Assembly (NCBI GenBank): GCA_045597645.1
Contig: JAZLKM010000027.1
Coordinates: 5,184-69,183, forward strand
DNA length: 64,000 bases
From: Lachnospiraceae bacterium
GTDB lineage: Bacteria > Bacillota > Clostridia > Lachnospirales > Lachnospiraceae
Reading direction: 5' to 3'
Shown piece after piece: positions 45,848 through 53,658 of the stretch. How positions within the stretch are numbered: the first letter of the stretch is position 1; every line of letters begins with the position of its first letter. The notes under the pieces are model-generated. The model ran no database searches and was not told where the DNA came from. It was given only the letters and a program-made list of their open reading frames with translations. A program made the position numbers and the translations under genes.

Positions 45848-46818
45848 AGATTCTCCCTATACCAGTCAATAGCCAGCTTGATTCCATCCTCGAAGCTGTA
45901 CGAAGGATCATATCCTAAAAGTCGTTTTGCTTTACTGATATCAGCATTACTGTGCTTTATATCACCAGCCCTGTCCGGCCCAAAATTGGGCTCGACTTCT
46001 AATCCAAGTGCCTTGGTTAGGTCATAATAAATGTCTATCAGGTACTCTCTGCCACCGTAAGCTATATTGAATGCCTCTCCGGCCGCCTCTGATGACGCTA
46101 GGCATGCTCGGAGATTAGCCTCAATTACGTTATCAATATATGTGAAATCCCTACTCTGCTTGCCATCACCGTTAATGGTAGGCACTTCTCCATTCATAAG
46201 CTGACGCAGAAACTTTGGAATGACTGCTGCATAGGCCCCATTTGGATCCTGCCTGCGGCCAAACACGTTAAAATATCTCATTCCATATGTATCTAAACCA
46301 TACAGTCTCTTATACAGCTTTCCATATTCCTCACAGGTGCGCTTAGTCAAAGCGTAAGGTGAGAGCAAGTTGCCTTCCTGGCCTTCCACCTTTGGCAGTA
46401 CCGGATGATCTCCATATACAGAAGAGCTTGAGGCATACACAAATTTCTTGATGCCATTTTGTCTTGCGGCTTCCATCATATTAAGTGTGCCTCTGATATT
46501 CACCTCTTCATAAAATAGCGGCATTTCTATCGAGCGTGGCACACTACCCCATGCAGCCTGATTGAGTACATAATCTACTTCTTCACAGGCTTTCAAGCAT
46601 GTGTCTAAATCAGTAATATCACCTTTGATAAATGTATAGTTCGGATTGTCTATAAACAAATCTACATTTTCCTGCTTACCTGTAGACAAGTTATCAAGGC
46701 ATCTCACCTTATATCCCTTGTTCAGTATGGCTTCGCATAGATTTGATCCTATAAAGCCAGCGCCTCCAGTTACCAGAAATATACTGTTTTCAGGAAAAAC
46801 TATGTTTTCAAATCCCAT
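45844..46818 (-). CDS. NAD-dependent UDP-HexNAc(A) 4-epimerase, WbpP/TviC-like
   Basis: Motifs LVTGGAGFIGSNL, YASSSSVYG, SPYALTK and NVFGRRQDPNGAYAAVIPKF. I prefer the ATG at 46816-46818, 1 nt from the upstream stop. The track start at 46851 is TTG. Confidence 0.82.
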   Translation of the reverse strand: MGFENIVFPENSIFLVTGGAGFIGSNLCEAILNKGYKVRCLDNLSTGKQENVDLFIDNPNYTFIKGDITDLDTCLKACEEVDYVLNQAAWGSVPRSIEMPLFYEEVNIRGTLNMMEAARQNGIKKFVYASSSSVYGDHPVLPKVEGQEGNLLSPYALTKRTCEEYGKLYKRLYGLDTYGMRYFNVFGRRQDPNGAYAAVIPKFLRQLMNGEVPTINGDGKQSRDFTYIDNVIEANLRACLASSEAAGEAFNIAYGGREYLIDIYYDLTKALGLEVEPNFGPDRAGDIKHSNADISKAKRLLGYDPSYSFEDGIKLAIDWYRENL

Positions 46819-46819
46819 T

Positions 46820-48136
46820 TTACAGTCTCCAATACATGCTCTTGGTCTCAAGCTCGTTCTTGTCCAAGATGCCCTTCACATCCACAAGCACACGTCTGGC
46901 AGGCTCTTTTACTGCCAGCTTATCCAGCATGTCATCCACATTTATATCCAAAAACTCCTTGTGACCAACAGCCAGTACAAGTGCATCTAGATTGTCTGCT
47001 TTTTCAAAGGTTACCAGATCTATTCCGTAGAACTTTTTCACCTCTGCCACATCCGCCTGTGGATCTGCTACCATCGGCTCAATGCCATAGCTTCTAAGCT
47101 CATCTATGATGTCCAGTACCTTTGTATTTCTGATGTCAGGACAGTTCTCCTTGAAGGTAAGGCCCATAATGAGCACCTTCGCCCCTTTTACAGGTATGTC
47201 TGCCTTAATCAGATTTTTAACTATATTTTCTGCCACGTATTTTCCCATGTCGTCATTGATACGACGTCCAGAGAGAATAATCTGGCTGTGATAACCTAAT
47301 TCCTCAGCCTTATAGGTCAGATAGTACGGGTCCACTCCTATGCAGTGTCCTCCTACAAGCCCTGGGAAAAACTTCAGGAAATTCCACTTGGTTCCTGCTG
47401 CCTCAAGCACTTCCTTGGTATCTATGCCCAGCTTATGGAATATGATAGACAGCTCATTCATAAATGCTATGTTGATATCTCGCTGTGAATTCTCTATTAC
47501 CTTAGCTGCCTCAGCTACTTTGATGCATGATGCACGATATACTCCAGCATCCACTACCAGCTCGTAAGTCTTAGCTACTGCGTCTAGAGTCTGCTCATCC
47601 ATACCTGAAACTATCTTTGTAATAGTTTCAAGCCTATGCACCTTGTCTCCTGGGTTGATGCGCTCTGGCGAGTAGCCCACCTTAAAATCAATACCGCACT
47701 TTAAGCCCGACTCCTTCTCAAGTATCGGTACGCATACATCCTCCGTCACCCCGGGATACACTGTCGATTCATATACGACTATTGCACCCTTTTTCAGGTT
47801 GCGTCCAACAATAGTTGACGCTCCCTCCACAGGAGTCAAATCCGGTGTGTGATCATCATTTACAGGCGTTGGCACTGCCACTATGACAAAATCGCACTCC
47901 GAAAGCTTTTTCTCATCTGCTGTAAAATCAACGGCGCACTCAGCGATTGCCGCATCTCCCACTTCTTTGGTAGGATCTATACCATTTTTGTATAGATTTA
48001 TCTTAGCCTCATTTGTATCAAAGCCTACGACATCAATCTTTTTGGAAAATGCTACTGCTATAGGCATGCCTACATATCCAAGGCCCACCAGCGCCAGCTT
48101 ACCCTCTTTATTTACCAGCTTATCGTACACAGACAT
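46820..48136 (-). CDS. tviB: UDP-N-acetyl-hexosamine 6-dehydrogenase, TviB/WbpO-like nucleotide-sugar dehydrogenase
   Basis: 438 aa with LALVGLGYVGMP, YSPERINPGD, GLVGGHCIGVDPYYL, GRRINDDMG and GLTFKENCPDIRN. Confidence 0.85.
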   Translation of the reverse strand: MSVYDKLVNKEGKLALVGLGYVGMPIAVAFSKKIDVVGFDTNEAKINLYKNGIDPTKEVGDAAIAECAVDFTADEKKLSECDFVIVAVPTPVNDDHTPDLTPVEGASTIVGRNLKKGAIVVYESTVYPGVTEDVCVPILEKESGLKCGIDFKVGYSPERINPGDKVHRLETITKIVSGMDEQTLDAVAKTYELVVDAGVYRASCIKVAEAAKVIENSQRDINIAFMNELSIIFHKLGIDTKEVLEAAGTKWNFLKFFPGLVGGHCIGVDPYYLTYKAEELGYHSQIILSGRRINDDMGKYVAENIVKNLIKADIPVKGAKVLIMGLTFKENCPDIRNTKVLDIIDELRSYGIEPMVADPQADVAEVKKFYGIDLVTFEKADNLDALVLAVGHKEFLDINVDDMLDKLAVKEPARRVLVDVKGILDKNELETKSMYWRL

Positions 48137-49214
48137 TTGCTATTTCCTCCTTGTACGCATCTATAACTACTTGTCTTGAAAACTCAGCCTTCATCTTCTG
48201 CCTGCCCTTCTCACCCATCTGTTTTCGGGCTTCGTATGGCATAGCTATAAATTTCTCTATGGCTTTGTATAGCTCCTCCTCACTACGCGAGGCATATCCG
48301 ATACCAGTCACTCCATCGTCGAATATCTCCTTACAGCCTGGGATATCAGATGCCAGCACCGGTCTGCCACATGATGCCGCCTCCTGCAATACATTGCTCA
48401 TACCCTCATGATAGGTTGGCAGGACTATGGCTGAAGCTGCTCTATAGTATGGCAGCGTGTCGCTTTGTTGTCCGTGATATGTGAGTAATCCTTCCTGCTC
48501 CAGACTCTCTATAATTTCTGAATAGTTCTCGTCATATGCGCCCAACACATCCAGCGATATCTCAGGATGATTTCTCTTTATTCGTCTCATTGCGCCAAAG
48601 AGCTCATTTACTCCCTTATCGCGCATTATTCTTCCAATGAAAAGCAATTTCATACCATCGCTTTCATCTGGATACTCCTGATACTCATAGAAAGAAGTAT
48701 TTACTCCAGAGCCTGGGATGAGATGGCTTTTTGTACAAAGCACTCCTTTTTCCTCAAAAAAGCTCTTATTTGTACTGTTCTGGAAAAATACACAGGCCGC
48801 CTTCTTTAGTCCCTTCTTATAAAGTGCGAGCAATACCTTCTGCATCAGTCCACCTGACTGAAGCTCTGTGCCAAGCCCTGTCACATTTGGAAAATATGGT
48901 ATCTTCTCCCTCTGACAGGCGATTCCTCCGTAAATGTTGGGCTTTATTGTGTATGTAAGGACAATGTCAGGTTTTTCCTGTCTTATTACGTTGCGATATC
49001 TGCCCACCATTTTAAGCTCATCAAGCGGATTTTTGCCTCGCCTTTCAAACTCCATCTGGATATATTTGCATCCCAGCTCTTTAAGCATGGGCACAAATTC
49101 TCCATTTGGCAGGCAAATGCTGACCTCGTTTTCCCTCAAAAGCTCTTCTATTAGCTCTCTTCTGAACTTATATAGGCCTGCATCATTATTAATTAGTATC
49201 AGTATTTTACTCAT
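48120..49214 (-). CDS. Glycosyltransferase family 4, CapM/PglA-like
   Basis: 364 aa. N-terminus KILILINNDAGLYKFRRELIEEL, and C-terminus PTYHEGMSNVLQEAASCGRPVLASDIPGCKE. Confidence 0.8.
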   Translation of the reverse strand: MSKILILINNDAGLYKFRRELIEELLRENEVSICLPNGEFVPMLKELGCKYIQMEFERRGKNPLDELKMVGRYRNVIRQEKPDIVLTYTIKPNIYGGIACQREKIPYFPNVTGLGTELQSGGLMQKVLLALYKKGLKKAACVFFQNSTNKSFFEEKGVLCTKSHLIPGSGVNTSFYEYQEYPDESDGMKLLFIGRIMRDKGVNELFGAMRRIKRNHPEISLDVLGAYDENYSEIIESLEQEGLLTYHGQQSDTLPYYRAASAIVLPTYHEGMSNVLQEAASCGRPVLASDIPGCKEIFDDGVTGIGYASRSEEELYKAIEKFIAMPYEARKQMGEKGRQKMKAEFSRQVVIDAYKEEIANVCVR

Positions 49215-49863
49215 GTGTCTTTATAACCTTACAGGGGTTGCCTACCGCAGTACTCTTTTCAGGTATATTTCTGATAACAACTGAGCCTGCGCCTATTATG
49301 GTGTCGCTTCCCACTGTCCTATCCTGTATTATCTGTGCCCCTGTTCCCATCTCTACGCACTCCCCTAGAGTGCAGATACCAGATACATTTACGCTAGGAT
49401 AGAGCGTTACATATGATTCAAACACACAATCATGACCTACTGTGCAGTCCAAATTGATTATGTTGAAGTCTTTTATTTCAATATTTACAGTCAGTATATT
49501 GCCGGCGCACACAATATTACCCTTGCCCCAGCTTATCATGTCTGACATTATTACCGACGGGTCTATAAGATTGGGAAAACTCAGGTTGCTGTTGGCGCCT
49601 ATCTTTTGTGCGACAATCTTTCTAATCCTAGATGAGCCAATAGCTATCGCCACACTCAGTTCCTCTTTGCAATCTAATAGGTAATCTGCGCCCCCTAGAA
49701 CCGGATGGCCATTTATATCCGTTCCTACTTCCACGCCATCATCTATATACCCCAAAATATTCCACTGGTCCTCGGTATCTGGCGCAGCCTCTGTGATTCT
49801 CTCTATAAGCCACTGAACTTCTCTTCCAAAGCCTCCAGCTCCATAAATCACAATATTATTCAC
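49207..49863 (-). CDS. NeuD/PglD-family sugar N-acetyltransferase (left-handed beta-helix)
   Basis: 218 aa. N-terminal IYGAGGFGREV nucleotide-binding-like lobe followed by hexapeptide repeats. Confidence 0.85.
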   Translation of the reverse strand: MNNIVIYGAGGFGREVQWLIERITEAAPDTEDQWNILGYIDDGVEVGTDINGHPVLGGADYLLDCKEELSVAIAIGSSRIRKIVAQKIGANSNLSFPNLIDPSVIMSDMISWGKGNIVCAGNILTVNIEIKDFNIINLDCTVGHDCVFESYVTLYPSVNVSGICTLGECVEMGTGAQIIQDRTVGSDTIIGAGSVVIRNIPEKSTAVGNPCKVIKTHE

Positions 49864-50503
49864 TCTTTTCCTCCCCCTTGCATTCAGGTGTTCCCCTAAA
49901 CGCCTCCATTGTGGCTGATGTCTCTGAGCTTATTCCGTCCCGCTTTATAACCGTCCCCACAGTCTGGAATATAATCTTCACGTCCATCAAAAATGACATA
50001 TGATCCACGTAATACACATCTTTGTCAAACTTATCTTCCCAAGTGATGCTATTGCGTCCATGCACCTGTGCATATCCTGTAAAGCCAGGTCTCACCTCAT
50101 GACGCCTAGCCTGATGTGAATTATATAGTGGCAAGTACTGCACCAGCAGTGGTCTTGGCCCTACTATAGCCATATCTCCTTTTACAATATTGATTAGCTC
50201 AGGTAACTCATCCAGACTAGTGCTTCTTAGCATTTTGCCAAACTTAGTTAGTCTTACATCGTCTGGCAGTAGCTGGCCATTTTCATCCCTGGCATCTGTC
50301 ATAGTACGGAATTTTCTAAGTGTGAAAATCTTTCCGTCCTTTCCTGGTCTTTCCTGCTTAAATATCACAGGACTTCCTAGCTTTGTACGTACAAGAATCG
50401 CTGTCACTCCCAGCACCGGCGACAGTAATACCAACGCCACTGAGCTTAGTACCGCGTCAATACCTCTTTTTATTACCTTGTCATATACTCCGCCTGCTGC
50501 CAT
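49856..50503 (-). CDS. Small monotopic phosphoglycosyl transferase, PglC-like
   Basis: 215 aa. A single N-terminal re-entrant helix, then PVIFKQERPG, RKFRTM, SLDELPELINIVKGDMAIVGPRP and GFTGYAQV. Confidence 0.9.
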   Translation of the reverse strand: MAAGGVYDKVIKRGIDAVLSSVALVLLSPVLGVTAILVRTKLGSPVIFKQERPGKDGKIFTLRKFRTMTDARDENGQLLPDDVRLTKFGKMLRSTSLDELPELINIVKGDMAIVGPRPLLVQYLPLYNSHQARRHEVRPGFTGYAQVHGRNSITWEDKFDKDVYYVDHMSFLMDVKIIFQTVGTVIKRDGISSETSATMEAFRGTPECKGEEKSE

Positions 50504-50505
50504 CT

Positions 50506-52416
50506 CTACCTCTTGCGAGTAATCAATGTGTATCTGTGTATCATTGCTCCCAATATGGGATACAGTCCAAATTTTCCTTTATGAAGAAATGCCAGTGGCA
50601 ACTTTGCAAAATACCTTGCCGATGTCTCCGCATGAAATACAAGGTCTCTCTTGCCCACTGATACGCTCTTGGCATTAAACTTCAGCTTTGATTCCTGCTG
50701 ACCAAAATTCTGAGAGAATCCCTCACACAAGGTATCTAAGAATTCTACTCTCGCTTTCGTCGGATACATCGCACTGTGCCATGTCATCTTCGCCAATATC
50801 TCTGTAACCTTTGGAGTATCACAGTCACCTATGCCACTAGTACAGAGATTTCTGAACTTCTTAAGCATACGCTCCTGAATCAGTGCTATATGGGTTTCAT
50901 AGAGATTTTTCTCATTTTCATCCCACTCTTCAACGACCTCGGCCTTATCTCCGTTCATCTTATAATGCTGTGCAGAACCATGTGGTGCTGCCAATAGCAT
51001 CTCGTAGAGCATAGTATTGACTCTAAGGAAATGATACCAGCTGGAGTACTTACCCTCGCTGTCCGTGTGGTGGAAAATCAATCCCTTTCTGTCACTTTGT
51101 ACCTCATCATCTGTATCTGACATTATTCCTATGTAATAGCCCTTTACATCTTTTCTGAGGTAGTTAGCTATGCCGTGCTGCATTCTGCCTGACCAGCCCA
51201 CATCAACTAAGTATGACCTGTCCGCCGCCTTGAAAGTATCCTCCACATATTTTCCAAATGCTGCCACGTTTTCCTGGAATCTTGCCTCAAGCAGCTCCTT
51301 ATTTGGGTTTTCCCTTAATATGTCTGCTTCCTTTGAATTAGGAAAATCATCTATTACTATGTCTATATCTAAGTCTTCCAGCATTGCAAAGAGTGCCCTT
51401 GCCTCATCTCCACTAAAGCCAGCTGCTTTTAGGTAATTGCGTATGGAAATCGATTCGAAATTCTCAATCGCTTTCTTCTCTTTTTGAACGCTATATATAG
51501 CTCGCCTACTACACTTAAAATACGAAGAGCTTATTCTCTCCTTGGCAGGTATCTTCATCTCCTGATAGATGTCGAATAGCTCCTTTAAAAAATATCCCTC
51601 TCTTGCCAGGAAAACTACAGACCTCGCTCCATCTGCCCTAAGCTCTCTGTATAATCTGTCTATAAACACATAGAATAAGACAATATATTCCTCATAGTAC
51701 GGACTGGCTTTGCGAGTCTGCCTGATGCATTTATCCAATATCTTACTGTCAGGCTGCTTTTTATGCCTGCGCCTTTCAACAGCGTTAAGTACATGCTGAC
51801 ACTTATTAGGTATGTAGTAAGTAGCTATACCTCGCTTCGCCGCATTGTCCCTATCAGATACTGGATTGTCACCAATCATGAGTACCTCTTCTGACTTTAT
51901 CCCCAGCTTGCTTAGTACCACATCATACAGTCTTCCATCCCCTGCCTTTGTAGCATTCATCTCTGATGACACATAAATGTCGTCAAATAAATCCGGCTCT
52001 CCCAGATTATCTAGAAAAGTCCTAAGATCGTCTGCCGGCAGATGATAGTCCGATACGCAATAGACCGTAAGGCCTGCTTCCTTATATTCTTTTATTTTTT
52101 GAACCATTCTCTGATTCAAAAATTGGACTGCGCACTCGCGCCATATCTCGACTGAATGTGCCGCTACCTTGAAGCTTTCCTTATCGTCAACAGGAAGCTC
52201 TGCTGACATTTTCTCCAAAATGCTAGCTTCGCTTGCACACTCCCTGTGGAGTCTCATTCTAAGCTCATAGAGCCTGCTTTCCTCCAGCTGGGGATACAGC
52301 TCATGCATCTGTCTAGCCCAGTCCTTGAAGACAGAGAAAGGATGCTCTCTGCGGAAAATCACTGTGTCAAAACAGTCTACAAATACAGTTGTAATATTTT
52401 TAGATATTGCTCGCAC
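50506..52416 (-). CDS. HAD-superfamily-like N-terminal domain fused to a large uncharacterised C-terminal domain
   Basis: 636 aa with a GTG start and a GAGGA SD 6 nt upstream. HAD-like motifs FVDCFDTVIF, VYCVSDY and MIGDNPVSDRDNA. The C-terminal ~400 aa (LAREGYFL, VDVGWSGRMQ) is not assignable by eye. Confidence 0.5.
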   Translation of the reverse strand: MRAISKNITTVFVDCFDTVIFRREHPFSVFKDWARQMHELYPQLEESRLYELRMRLHRECASEASILEKMSAELPVDDKESFKVAAHSVEIWRECAVQFLNQRMVQKIKEYKEAGLTVYCVSDYHLPADDLRTFLDNLGEPDLFDDIYVSSEMNATKAGDGRLYDVVLSKLGIKSEEVLMIGDNPVSDRDNAAKRGIATYYIPNKCQHVLNAVERRRHKKQPDSKILDKCIRQTRKASPYYEEYIVLFYVFIDRLYRELRADGARSVVFLAREGYFLKELFDIYQEMKIPAKERISSSYFKCSRRAIYSVQKEKKAIENFESISIRNYLKAAGFSGDEARALFAMLEDLDIDIVIDDFPNSKEADILRENPNKELLEARFQENVAAFGKYVEDTFKAADRSYLVDVGWSGRMQHGIANYLRKDVKGYYIGIMSDTDDEVQSDRKGLIFHHTDSEGKYSSWYHFLRVNTMLYEMLLAAPHGSAQHYKMNGDKAEVVEEWDENEKNLYETHIALIQERMLKKFRNLCTSGIGDCDTPKVTEILAKMTWHSAMYPTKARVEFLDTLCEGFSQNFGQQESKLKFNAKSVSVGKRDLVFHAETSARYFAKLPLAFLHKGKFGLYPILGAMIHRYTLITRKR

Positions 52417-52470
52417 AGTTAATCCTCAACTCACTTTTCCCACATGGACTGATTCCAGGTTTATTTCGTA

Positions 52471-53655
52471 CTACTCAAAGCAGCCTCTGACAATTTCTAT
52501 TATGATATCCTGCTGCTCTTTGGTCATTTTTATATCGCTAGGTAGGCACAGCCCTCTGTCAAATATGTCGCTTCCTACGTCATTGCCATCCACACTTATG
52601 AATGGATGATCCTTATACATAGGCTGCATATGCATGGGCTTCCATATCGGACGACCCTCCGCATTATACTTTTCCAATGTTTCCAGTATCTCTGTAGGAC
52701 AGGTCTTGCCGGCCTCCTTGATATAGCTTGCCTTACTGTCTCCTCGCTCTTGATGGCACATTGCCTCCGGCTTAATTATCATGCATGACAGCCAGTAGTT
52801 GGGCTCGCTATTTTCTGCGTCATACGGATTCATGCTTACAGGCAGATCCTTGAAGCCCTCTTTGTACCTTTCGTATATGGCCTTCTTTAGATCAATATGC
52901 TCCTGCAAATGAATCAGCTGACCTCTTACAACTCCTGCTATTATATTGCTCATTCGATAGTTGTATCCCAGCTCCTCATGCTGATACCATGGCGCTGGTT
53001 CTCTAGACTGTGTCGACCATTTTCTGGCCTTATCAGCAAGCTCCTTATCATCCGTCAGTAGCATTCCGCCTGACGATCCGGTGATTATCTTGTTTCCATT
53101 GAAGCTTATAGCGTTGATATGTCCAAATGACCCTGTCTGCTGTCCTTTATAAGTCGCACCAAGCGACTCTGCTGCGTCTTCAATCATGATGGCACCGTGC
53201 TTGTCACACACTGACTTTAACTCATCAATCTTAGCAGGCACTCCATACAAGTGGGCAAACACCACTACCTTGACCTCTGGATATACATCAAAGGCTCTAT
53301 CAAGGGCCACTGGGTCCATATTCCATGTATCATACTCGGTGTCTATGAACACTGCCTTAGCACCCTCGTACTTTACCGGATTTACTGTGGCGTCAAATGT
53401 CATATCTGAGCAAAACACCATATCACCAGGCTTTACACCTGCCAGCTTAACTGCAAGATGTAGCGCTGCTGTTCCAGCAGAAAGTGCTACTGCATATTTG
53501 CAACCCACCTTTTCTACTATCTGCTCCTCTATGGCATTGATGTTGGCGCCTGCTGTTGTAATCCAGTTAGCCTCAAAGGCCTCATTTATGTATTTCTGCT
53601 CCTCACCATGCATGGTGGGTGATGCCAGCCATATTTTCTGCTCAAAAGGCTTCAT
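52471..53655 (-). CDS. DegT/DnrJ/EryC1-family PLP-dependent sugar aminotransferase (PglE-like)
   Basis: 394 aa with LASPTMHGEE, AESLGATY, SFNGNKIIT (Lys) and RLPLC-like CLPS patterns. Confidence 0.9.
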   Translation of the reverse strand: MKPFEQKIWLASPTMHGEEQKYINEAFEANWITTAGANINAIEEQIVEKVGCKYAVALSAGTAALHLAVKLAGVKPGDMVFCSDMTFDATVNPVKYEGAKAVFIDTEYDTWNMDPVALDRAFDVYPEVKVVVFAHLYGVPAKIDELKSVCDKHGAIMIEDAAESLGATYKGQQTGSFGHINAISFNGNKIITGSSGGMLLTDDKELADKARKWSTQSREPAPWYQHEELGYNYRMSNIIAGVVRGQLIHLQEHIDLKKAIYERYKEGFKDLPVSMNPYDAENSEPNYWLSCMIIKPEAMCHQERGDSKASYIKEAGKTCPTEILETLEKYNAEGRPIWKPMHMQPMYKDHPFISVDGNDVGSDIFDRGLCLPSDIKMTKEQQDIIIEIVRGCFE

Positions 53656-53658
53656 CGC

